Virus record (IMG/VR): IMGVR_UViG_3300027994_000003
Location: 1 to 42,570 of that record
From: a virus
Taxonomy: Duplodnaviria > Caudoviricetes
Direction: 5' to 3' (one strand)
Length of the DNA stretch: 42,570 nt
A model generated the notes under the pieces. That model was not told the origin of the DNA, searched no databases, and saw nothing but the letters and a program-made list of their open reading frames with translations. Positions 9,293 to 16,620 of this stretch are shown piece after piece (within the stretch, counting starts at the first letter, position 1; each line of letters starts with the position of its first letter). A program made the translations under genes and the position numbers.

Positions 9293-11341
9293 ATGGCATA
9301 TTACCTGTTCTACGACCGGCTCAATAACGACCAGGGAGCCGGGCTCGAGGGATATTTCGTCCGCATCCTGTCGGCAGGCGTTGTACAGCCGATATACGCC
9401 GACAAAAACGGCACGCCGATCGCGACGGTTAGCGGGGTTGCCAATGCGGCAATCTGCGATGCGCTCGGCAATTACTCGATCTACGCCGCGCCGGGGATCT
9501 ACTCACTGCAGTTCCTTGACCCGAACGGCAATCAAGTTGGCAGCCGTAATGACGTGTCGCTCGGGCTGATCGGGGTCAATCCGGACTTCATCAACTCGCT
9601 CGGGCCGATCGCCGACAAGATCAACCTCCTCGGCACCACCAGCGTCATCGCCAGCATGACGGCGCTGTCCGATCCTGCCGTACTCGCCAACATGGCCGCG
9701 CTGTCGCCGGCGCAGGTGATCGCTAACATGGCGACGCTGGCACCGCGTGCGTCGGATATCGCAACGCTGGCACCGCGGGCGGCTGACATCGCTACTTTGG
9801 CCCCGCGCGCCGCCGACATTGCAACCGCAGCGACGAACATCGCAGCGATCATCGCGGCCCCCGCGGCTGCAGCGCAAGCCACGACTGCCGCATCCTCGAT
9901 AGGCAATGCCGCAAAACTCTCCGCCAATATCAGTTCGGCAACGGATGTGGTGCAGGTCGGCTCGTCGATCATCGCCACACAGCGCCGCGCGGTCAGCACG
10001 GACTCCTATGGGTTGGTCGCCTCCACGGGCAAGATGAACTTCCCGGCCGGCGCACGAGTGTTCGGCTCGTGGAGTGCGGCGCATCGCGGCATGAAGGCGC
10101 CGATCGCGGGGCAGTCGGCCGATGTGCACGAGTTGCGCATCCCCTCCGGCACGATCATCGGCAACAACAACGCCATTGTCTATGTCGGCATCGTCACGCC
10201 GTCTGCACCGCTTCCGCTGGCGTTCAACGCGTCGGTCACCTTTGCAGCGGCGCGGCTCGTGGGCACGATCGATTTGACCGGGCTGACTGCGCAGACCCTG
10301 GGCGAAATCGTCTGGCGCGGTACGCCGGTCGATTATGCCGATGGCGACCTGCTCGTCTATTGGGGGCCGAACGTCCAGTTCGTCTATGGACAGAACGTCG
10401 GTGCCACACCGCCTGCCAATACGGCATATGACGGGCAATTCCACATGGTCTTCAGTCTCGGCGCCCGACCGAACGATGCCACAGCGCTGTCTACCGGGTT
10501 CACGGTGTCCACGGAGCCGAACTACCGCCAGTTCCCATACTCTGCTTCGACGGCAGCGGGACCGGTGCGCGCGGGGCTGTCCGGCCCCTCCAGCTACGTC
10601 GCGACGGACGCGAACAACAATATCCCGCTGGCAACCGCGCGCGCGATCGACACGCCGTGGCGGGGCAAGAAGGTAGGGATCTTCGGGTCTTCGATCGAAA
10701 CCGAGGGCGGCGGCGGGCCACAGGCGGCGACGCAGATCGGTTGGGCGCGGCAGACGGTCGATAATCTGCTGTGCGCTGGCACGGTAGGCGGCGTCGGATC
10801 GTCGCCGTTCTGCTGGGTCGGCAATCAGGGCGGCGGCGGCGATCTGCTGTCATTCTCGGCCACTACGGCGGAACTGACGGCGGCAGGCGGTAACCCGGCC
10901 AACAGCTATCAGAGCAAGATCATCGGGCAGCAATTCGATCTCGTCGTGATCAGCGGCGGGCTGGTGAACGATAGCAACCGCGGCGGCGGGCTGATGTTGC
11001 CAGGCAATCCGAGCGACAGCACGCCGGCAACCGTGTGGGGGGCGTTCAATCGCGTCATCCCAGCGATCCTTGCGGATCGGCCGACGTGCATCATCGTGAT
11101 CGAGGGCGTGCAGAACGGGTTCCAAACGATCGGGGCGAGCGAGCAGGCTAACCGAACGATCTATAACGATACGGCAAAGGCCATCGCGCTCGCCTATCGG
11201 CTGCCGTTCCTCGACTTCTTCTCGCGCAGCGGCATCAACGCCTCGACGGTGGCGACATTGACCGGCGACGGCCTGCATCCGCTGCAGATCGAGCAGGATC
11301 GCATGGCGCGCTATGCCACCCGCTTCCTGTCGTCACTCTGA
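9293..11341 (+). CDS. Tailspike / receptor-binding protein with C-terminal SGNH/GDSL esterase domain
   Basis: N-terminal anchor, Ala-rich stalk; C-terminal IFGSSI block I, GG.VND block III and DGLHP block V. Confidence 0.75.
   Translation: MAYYLFYDRLNNDQGAGLEGYFVRILSAGVVQPIYADKNGTPIATVSGVANAAICDALGNYSIYAAPGIYSLQFLDPNGNQVGSRNDVSLGLIGVNPDFINSLGPIADKINLLGTTSVIASMTALSDPAVLANMAALSPAQVIANMATLAPRASDIATLAPRAADIATLAPRAADIATAATNIAAIIAAPAAAAQATTAASSIGNAAKLSANISSATDVVQVGSSIIATQRRAVSTDSYGLVASTGKMNFPAGARVFGSWSAAHRGMKAPIAGQSADVHELRIPSGTIIGNNNAIVYVGIVTPSAPLPLAFNASVTFAAARLVGTIDLTGLTAQTLGEIVWRGTPVDYADGDLLVYWGPNVQFVYGQNVGATPPANTAYDGQFHMVFSLGARPNDATALSTGFTVSTEPNYRQFPYSASTAAGPVRAGLSGPSSYVATDANNNIPLATARAIDTPWRGKKVGIFGSSIETEGGGGPQAATQIGWARQTVDNLLCAGTVGGVGSSPFCWVGNQGGGGDLLSFSATTAELTAAGGNPANSYQSKIIGQQFDLVVISGGLVNDSNRGGGLMLPGNPSDSTPATVWGAFNRVIPAILADRPTCIIVIEGVQNGFQTIGASEQANRTIYNDTAKAIALAYRLPFLDFFSRSGINASTVATLTGDGLHPLQIEQDRMARYATRFLSSL
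9731..9820 (+). repeat. Three 30-nt coding tandem repeats (ATLAPRA[S/A]DI) in the spike stalk
   Basis: Units start at 9731, 9761 and 9791 with synonymous divergence. Confidence 0.85.
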
Positions 11342-11389
11342 TGATGACCCCCCTCAACCCGATCCCCCAGCTCGCCAAGGAGAAGTAGC

Positions 11390-11482
11390 ATGCCAGACGA
11401 CGGACAGACCACACCCCCGAACAATCCGACCCCCACGCCTAGCCCGACGCCGACACCGACGCCGCGCAAGCCCGGCGTGTAG
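11390..11482 (+). CDS. 30-aa Pro/Thr-rich peptide (MPDDGQTTPPNNPTPTPSPTPTPTPRKPGV)
   Basis: Strong RBS AAGGAG at 11377-11382; TAG directly abuts the next ATG. Confidence 0.6.
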   Translation: MPDDGQTTPPNNPTPTPSPTPTPTPRKPGV

Positions 11483-12010
11483 ATGGACTGGGCACTCGCC
11501 CTGAAGATACTCGCGTGCGCGGCCGTCTACCCGATGGCCGCGTATGCACCTCCACGTGTGCGTCGGGAGGCCGTTGCGCTGGCGCTCGCCTTTCAACTGA
11601 CGTGGATGGCGGTCCTGTCGTCATGGACCCCTGCCTCGGTGCCCGAGCTCGCCAAGCTGTTCGGGCTGGCGGTGTACGACGAGCCGGTGTGGGTGTTCTG
11701 CTATGCGGCATACGCGCTGGCAGCGCTGCTGATCGCCCCGCGCCTGTGGGCCGCGTGGGCGCTGTGGGCAGTGATGATCTATCTGGAAATCTGCCTCGGT
11801 ATCGCGTCGCTGATGGAGACGCCGTACGGCGAATACCGGCACGGCCTGGACCTTGGTTTCTACAGCGTAGTCGCGGTGTTTGCGGCGATTGGTGGGAAGG
11901 GAATGTTTGAGCATGGGCGGGCTATCTTTCGCGATCTTGTTGGGATCGATCGGGCTGTTCGTCGCCCATCCTTACATCGCTCGCCTGTTCAATCGGAAAT
12001 AGCGCAGTGA
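11483..12010 (+). CDS. Multi-pass membrane protein (about 5 TM)
   Basis: Several hydrophobic segments; coupled to the holin-like gene. Confidence 0.65.
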   Translation: MDWALALKILACAAVYPMAAYAPPRVRREAVALALAFQLTWMAVLSSWTPASVPELAKLFGLAVYDEPVWVFCYAAYALAALLIAPRLWAAWALWAVMIYLEICLGIASLMETPYGEYRHGLDLGFYSVVAVFAAIGGKGMFEHGRAIFRDLVGIDRAVRRPSLHRSPVQSEIAQ

Positions 12011-12327
12011 CGCCCGAGGACAGCGCGTGGATCAAGGCTGCGACCTATACGGCTGTTGCGGCGATCTCCGGCGCGATCACGTCGTTTTCACTGAGCGACT
12101 GGAAATCACGCACGAAATTCGAAAACGGGCTGACGATCTTCACCTCGATCGCATTTGCGATATTCTTCGCGCCATGGGCTGTGCACGAGATGTTCGGCAT
12201 GGACGAGGGTACGCTCCGAACGGGGGCGTTCGTCACATACATCTCGGCAGCCGGCGCACCTATTCTGGTGCCCAAGGTCATCGGCCTCTTTTCCCGAATG
12301 GTCGCATCGATCGGAGGCGAAAAATGA
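12007..12327 (+). CDS. Holin-like three-TM protein
   Basis: 106 aa, three hydrophobic segments, upstream of the endolysin. Confidence 0.6.
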   Translation: MTPEDSAWIKAATYTAVAAISGAITSFSLSDWKSRTKFENGLTIFTSIAFAIFFAPWAVHEMFGMDEGTLRTGAFVTYISAAGAPILVPKVIGLFSRMVASIGGEK

Positions 12328-12671
12328 GCTGGTCCCCACCAGTAGAGGCATGGGTTTTCCTGATACACGTCATGCTGCGCGGGCTCGTCGCTCTGGCCAT
12401 GGTGATCGGTCTGCACTTCTTTCGAGAGGCGCTCAACTATTGGGAGCGGCTGGGCATGGGCATGATCGCGGGTGGCGCTCTCATGACGCTGCCGATCATC
12501 ATCGACCTGTCGAAGGACGGCACTCCGTTCGACAAATGGTCGCCGTCGATCATGTCGCTCGGCATCCTGATATTCTTCGGCGCGCGCATGGTTCGGATCG
12601 TCCGGCACGCAAAGAACAACGATTTAGCGCGGCGCGAGGCCGCTGCGTATCTGGCAGATAGGGGGAAGTGA
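12324..12671 (+). CDS. Three-TM membrane protein (holin/antiholin candidate)
   Basis: ATG 12324 with RBS GGAGG; basic C-terminus. Confidence 0.55.
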   Translation: MSWSPPVEAWVFLIHVMLRGLVALAMVIGLHFFREALNYWERLGMGMIAGGALMTLPIIIDLSKDGTPFDKWSPSIMSLGILIFFGARMVRIVRHAKNNDLARREAAAYLADRGK

Positions 12672-13195
12672 TGACCATTGACGACATTCTAGCCGGCGTG
12701 CTCGCCAATGAAGGCGGCTACACGAACAATCCCCACGACACCGGCGGGGAGACGAATTGGGGCATCACGATCGGGACGGCGCGTGCGAACGGCTACACTG
12801 GATCGATGAAGGCGATGTCGCGCGAACAGGCGCTGGCGATCTACCGAGGCCGGTATGTGATCGAACCGGGCTTTGGCCTTGTCGCGAACGTCGCGCCGTT
12901 GGTGGCCGCGGAACTGGTCGATACGGGCGTGAACATGGGGCCGTCCGTCGCCGGACGCTTCCTCCAGCGCGCACTCAACCTCGTCACGGATGCGGGACTG
13001 GCGGTAGACGGCAATGTCGGCACTGCCACGATCGCCGCGCTGAAGGCGTTCAAGGCACGGCGGGGGGCTGAAGGCGAAAAGCGGCTGATCGCGCTGCTGA
13101 ATGCCTTCCAGGGCACTCGGTATGCCGAGCTGGCGGAGGGGCGGGCGCAGAACCGGACCTTCATCTACGGCTGGCTCGGGAGGATCGCGGCATGA
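12668..13195 (+). CDS. Endolysin, glycoside hydrolase family 108 with PG-binding domain
   Basis: EGGY.N.P.D.GGETNWGIT motif; DG.VG..T and FIYGWL.R C-terminus. Confidence 0.92.
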   Translation: MMTIDDILAGVLANEGGYTNNPHDTGGETNWGITIGTARANGYTGSMKAMSREQALAIYRGRYVIEPGFGLVANVAPLVAAELVDTGVNMGPSVAGRFLQRALNLVTDAGLAVDGNVGTATIAALKAFKARRGAEGEKRLIALLNAFQGTRYAELAEGRAQNRTFIYGWLGRIAA

Positions 13196-13422
13196 ACGAT
13201 CGCCACACCCTTATCGCCTTCTGCGCGATCCTATTCGCGATCTGCTACCTCGCCACGATCGCCGCCTGGCTGGCATCTAAAGGCAAGTATGCGGAAGCAC
13301 TTGGGTTCGGCGGGCTGACGACGGGGCTTGTCGGTGTGATCGGCACCTTTCGGCCCCGTGTGCCCACGACTGCATCAACCGAAACCGGCGACGTAAATCT
13401 GACAAAGGAGCCTGCAGCATGA
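13192..13422 (+). CDS. Small two-TM lysis-associated protein
   Basis: ATGA-coupled to the endolysin; two hydrophobic segments. Confidence 0.6.
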   Translation: MNDRHTLIAFCAILFAICYLATIAAWLASKGKYAEALGFGGLTTGLVGVIGTFRPRVPTTASTETGDVNLTKEPAA

Positions 13423-13574
13423 CCCTCAACCTCGGCAAACTGCTCAACACCGTCGCAACCGCGACAAAGAAGAACCCGGAGATCGCGCTGGCGGTGGTCG
13501 GACTGGTCGCGCCGAAGGTGGTGCGCAAGGTTGCGCCAGTGCTGGTTACGCTGGCGGCGGCGAAGGGGGAGTAG
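13419..13574 (+). CDS. 51-aa cationic amphipathic peptide (MTLNLGKLLNTVATATKKNPEIALAVVGLVAPKVVRKVAPVLVTLAAAKGE)
   Basis: RBS AAGGAG, ATGA coupling, last gene of the lysis cassette. Confidence 0.65.
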   Translation: MTLNLGKLLNTVATATKKNPEIALAVVGLVAPKVVRKVAPVLVTLAAAKGE

Positions 13575-13578
13575 GGGC

Positions 13579-13722
13579 GTTGCTGTGGGCCGGGCTTGAG
13601 TACCGGCTCGTGAACCGCCCTACCGATCTATCGGACTTCTCGCGGTGTGACTGCGCTTTCCACAGCCTACGGGCTCCACGTCTACAAGGCGTCTGCGCTT
13701 CCTTCAGCGCCGCCACAGCAAC
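13579..13722 (-). ncRNA. Putative 144-nt tRNA-like small RNA (RNA1)
   Basis: 10-bp terminal stem GUUGCUGUGG/CCACAGCAAC; tRNA-Leu-like GUGGCGG...AGACGC; T-arm-like GCCGG-UACUCAAGC-CCGGC stacked on the stem; own promoter. Confidence 0.6.
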
Positions 13723-13800
13723 CACGCATTTATGCCTGGAACGGCTTGACAGCGCAACCCTGACCTTGCCCCGCGATTCGCGCTCTGGTATCAGGCGGGT
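13723..13800. promoter_or_regulatory. Back-to-back sigma70-type promoters for RNA1 and RNA2
   Basis: Minus: TTGCGC(13757-13752)-N17-CATAAA-N6-G13722. Plus: TTGCCC(13766-13771)-N17-TATCAG-N6-G13801. Confidence 0.55.
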
Positions 13801-13872
13801 GTTGCTGTGGCGGGGCCGCCTGCGCTTCCTTCGCGGGCATGGCGTGCAACCGTCTCGCTCTGCCACAGCAAC
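13801..13872 (+). ncRNA. Putative 72-nt small RNA (RNA2), complementary to RNA1 at two sites
   Basis: 16-bp terminal stem with two G-U pairs; hairpin GCCUGCG-CUUCCUU-CGCGGGC; G-U pairs favour the + strand. Confidence 0.6.
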
Positions 13873-14006
13873 GATAGTTTGGCATCCGCGTTCGAAAGGC
13901 TGGCAATGAAGCCAGATGCGGCGTTCCAGTGGTAGCGCTATGCCAAGCGCGGTAACCGCTACCGGGTGAGGGCCGGTAAGATCGCCCCACTTCCCCCTTG
14001 CGCCGC

Positions 14007-14021
14007 GTTCCCCATCCGTTC
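14007..14021 (+). promoter_or_regulatory. Alphaproteobacterial LexA (SOS) box
   Basis: GTTC-CCCATCC-GTTC just downstream of TTGCGC (13998) and 12 nt before ATG 14033. Confidence 0.7.
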
Positions 14022-14032
14022 CACCCTACGGC

Positions 14033-14224
14033 ATGCCCTCCGATGCCGAGTCCGCGGTCGCCGCTTTTTTCTTCGCCAGTCGATCGGCACGCAAACGGAG
14101 CAAGCACGAGTGGGCATCCGACAAGCTCGGTCAAGCGATCTACGAGATGGCTAAGGAACGGATGGCGCTGCTACGGCTGGAGGAAGAAGCCGAGCGGGAT
14201 GCCTGGGAGCGGGAGAGGGACTAA
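14033..14224 (+). CDS. Small SOS-regulated protein (antirepressor candidate)
   Basis: 63 aa, charged helical C-terminus, LexA box upstream. Confidence 0.55.
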   Translation: MPSDAESAVAAFFFASRSARKRSKHEWASDKLGQAIYEMAKERMALLRLEEEAERDAWERERD

Positions 14225-14254
14225 CCCCGCGCGCCGGTTTCAACGTTCGGGGGT

Positions 14255-14740
14255 CTACCCCTCCATCGGCATCGTGTCCGCCTTCGCACGATACCCGCTG
14301 CCAGCCAGCGACTGGTAGTACCAGTGATGCAGGAACCCGACCGGCGCGTCGCCACCCATCATGCGAAGCCACAGAACCCGTCCCGATCTGCCATTGCCGT
14401 CCGTGAACGGGTGAAGCGTCTCGTATTCGACGTGCGTCTGGTATGGGTCGGTCGCACGCTCAAGCAAGTCGCAAAGCGCCAAGGGGATGCCGTAGCCACC
14501 TGCGGGCGGCACGTGGTCGCCCACGTAGACATTGAGGCCCTTGCGATCGCGCAAGTGGGCGTTCGGTTGGACCTGTCCGACGAACGCGACAAGCGCTTCT
14601 AAGTCCACTTCTGGCGCGGCAAGGAAGGCCGCGTGCGCATTTATCTCCGCCTCCGTGGGGTCGCGCCGGATGCCCTCGATCCAATTGCTCTCGCGCACGA
14701 ACAAGGCGAGTTGCTCGCGATCAATGCTGACCTTCTTCAT
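14255..14740 (-). CDS. Fic-domain protein
   Basis: Canonical HPFTDGNGRSGR motif; N-terminal ESNWIEG. Confidence 0.9.
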   Translation of the reverse strand: MKKVSIDREQLALFVRESNWIEGIRRDPTEAEINAHAAFLAAPEVDLEALVAFVGQVQPNAHLRDRKGLNVYVGDHVPPAGGYGIPLALCDLLERATDPYQTHVEYETLHPFTDGNGRSGRVLWLRMMGGDAPVGFLHHWYYQSLAGSGYRAKADTMPMEG

Positions 14741-15138
14741 TCCCCCTTCCCCGCGGCTGGAGGGGCGGGAAGCGGGCGGACGAGGGCTAGGATGGCGTCG
14801 GCGGCGCGGTAGTCCTCATCCGCTGTGGGATAGTCACCAGGCTCGCCCAAACCGGGATAAAGCGAGCCGCCATAGGCGCGCGCTACGATCTGCGCCACTT
14901 CCTCTCGATCAAGCGCAGGCGCACCTTCCCCCTGATCCGGCTGTGCGGGCGGGTTGGCGAAGGCGAGGCGGTGGGCGGCGAACGCTCGGGCAAGCGCATT
15001 CGTACTGCCTGTCGCGGCATTGCGGACATGAGCTATAAAGGCAGGACTGCCTCCCATTTCCACCCCATAGTATTTCGCAGCAGCTTCACGATCCGCCTGG
15101 ATCACCTCCCGTGCGCTCTCTTCGGTCTGCTCAGGCAT
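14737..15138 (-). CDS. Hypothetical protein
   Basis: ATG 15138 with RBS GGAG; coupled chain. Confidence 0.55.
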   Translation of the reverse strand: MPEQTEESAREVIQADREAAAKYYGVEMGGSPAFIAHVRNAATGSTNALARAFAAHRLAFANPPAQPDQGEGAPALDREEVAQIVARAYGGSLYPGLGEPGDYPTADEDYRAADAILALVRPLPAPPAAGKGE

Positions 15139-16348
15139 GTGGGGTCTCCGGGGATAGGGTGGCGCGGAGGACGTTGCTGGCCTCCCATGCCAATTTATGG
15201 AGGTGGTTGCCGCCGGCGACCTCGGCGTCATCGTATGCGTCCAGAAAGGCTCGTGCCGCCCGTTCCACCTCCCCCGCGCCGGTCGGTCGAAGCGCGCGGA
15301 CCAGAGCTTCCGCAATCTCGCGCTGTGTCTCTAGGTCTATCGGTTTGGTCAGCCAGCCATATGCGGCGGCATCGTCTGGCTCGCGATCAAACACATATTT
15401 GAGTAACTTACGCCCGCGCAACACCGCAAGAACCACCTCCACCCCATCGGCAAAGGTGCCGCCCGTAGCGGTGGCGAGGGCGGCGTAGGGCACGACCCGC
15501 CAAGCATCTTCGTCTTCGCGGTGTACGGCCTCGGCATCCTCACGACGGGCGTACCTCGTGGCTTTGTCGCGATCGGTAGTCCAATCGGGATTGCCGTACT
15601 CCCATATGCGCCATCTCTCGGCTTGCCCATCGCCGACGATCCAGCCGCCGATATCCGCGGGCGCGGTGGCGGGTGTGGCTAGGGGTGTCCACGATCCGTA
15701 ATCGAGCGGACGCCATGCCAGTTCTTCGCCGTACCAATCAACGACGACAGGGCCGTTTTCTTGGGCGATCTTGCCGATATCCGTCGCCGCGGTAACGGGT
15801 GGGGATAGGGCCGCAAATATGTCGAGCGCATCGGCCCAAACCCACTCCGTCATCGGTATGCGCTTCAAACGAGCGAGAAGGCTCTCCCCCTCCGCCGTTG
15901 CTGGGGTCGTATCGGGGGCGAGGGCGGCATAGTCGCGCATTGCGGGCCAGAGAACATCAGCCCACAAGCTGCCGTCTTTAGCGGTGCCGCGAAGGTGGTG
16001 CTGGTAGATAGCGCGGGCCGTTTCCTCCCCGCCGTTATCCGCGGGCGCGGTGGCGGGTGTGGCTAGGGTTGCGAGGATACGATCTGCGTACGGCTCGGCG
16101 TGCGTGATCCAGTCCTCGGGTAGAACGAATGTGCTATCTACGCCAAGCGCGGCTTCAACGATGATCCGCGTCACCGTTGTGCGCTCCCCCTCCGCCGTTG
16201 CTGGGGTCGGGCTATCGGGGGTGGTCGGGGCCGGGTGAGGTATGAAGTACGTCGTCTGTTCGCATTGCCGCTTGGCGTTGTGTTCGGACAGCGGCCGGCA
16301 GCAGGCGAGACAGCACGGGTCTTCTTTCTTGGCGCGGGATGCCATCAC
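15131..16348 (-). CDS. Mosaic hypothetical protein with repeated linkers
   Basis: 405 aa; ATPATAPAD twice and TPATAEGE twice. Confidence 0.6.
   Translation of the reverse strand: MMASRAKKEDPCCLACCRPLSEHNAKRQCEQTTYFIPHPAPTTPDSPTPATAEGERTTVTRIIVEAALGVDSTFVLPEDWITHAEPYADRILATLATPATAPADNGGEETARAIYQHHLRGTAKDGSLWADVLWPAMRDYAALAPDTTPATAEGESLLARLKRIPMTEWVWADALDIFAALSPPVTAATDIGKIAQENGPVVVDWYGEELAWRPLDYGSWTPLATPATAPADIGGWIVGDGQAERWRIWEYGNPDWTTDRDKATRYARREDAEAVHREDEDAWRVVPYAALATATGGTFADGVEVVLAVLRGRKLLKYVFDREPDDAAAYGWLTKPIDLETQREIAEALVRALRPTGAGEVERAARAFLDAYDDAEVAGGNHLHKLAWEASNVLRATLSPETPHA
15652..16209. repeat. Two interleaved exact direct repeats: 33 bp (15652-15684 / 16036-16068) and 26 bp (15884-15909 / 16184-16209)
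   Basis: Read directly from the sequence. Confidence 0.85.
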
Positions 16349-16620
16349 TTCTCTCCTTCATTCGTACCGGCGCGCGAGGGCGGGGCGTCAAACAGAATGC
16401 GGTTCATGTTGGCGTAGCTGGCGAGCACCTTCGTCGCCGATAATCGGAAGCCCCAACGACTGACCTTTCCCGCGCCTCGGCAAGCGCCACACACGGCGAT
16501 TGGTTCTCCGCGCACCCAAACAGCGTGATCCCATTCCCAGGGCGATGTTTCGCCTGTTCCGGCGCACGCGTCGCACTCCTTCGAGCCGTTCGGCATCGGT
16601 CGCATCGTCATCACCATCAT
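16345..16620 (-). CDS. DnaJ-like zinc-finger protein
   Basis: CDACAGTG and CGACRGAG (CxxCxGxG) motifs. Confidence 0.6.
   Translation of the reverse strand: MMVMTMRPMPNGSKECDACAGTGETSPWEWDHAVWVRGEPIAVCGACRGAGKVSRWGFRLSATKVLASYANMNRILFDAPPSRAGTNEGEK

Noticed and set aside
8509-11341. BPP-1-like diversity-generating retroelement suggested by the capsid type
   Set aside because: No reverse transcriptase motif and no adenine-variant TR/VR pair seen
13579-13872. Mini CRISPR array from the GTTGCTGTGG repeats
   Set aside because: Copies alternate in orientation with irregular spacing and form terminal stems; no cas genes
13546-14134. ORFs 13580-13909(+), 13546-13866(-) and 13730-14134(-)
   Set aside because: No RBS and non-protein-like composition; structured RNA explains the region better
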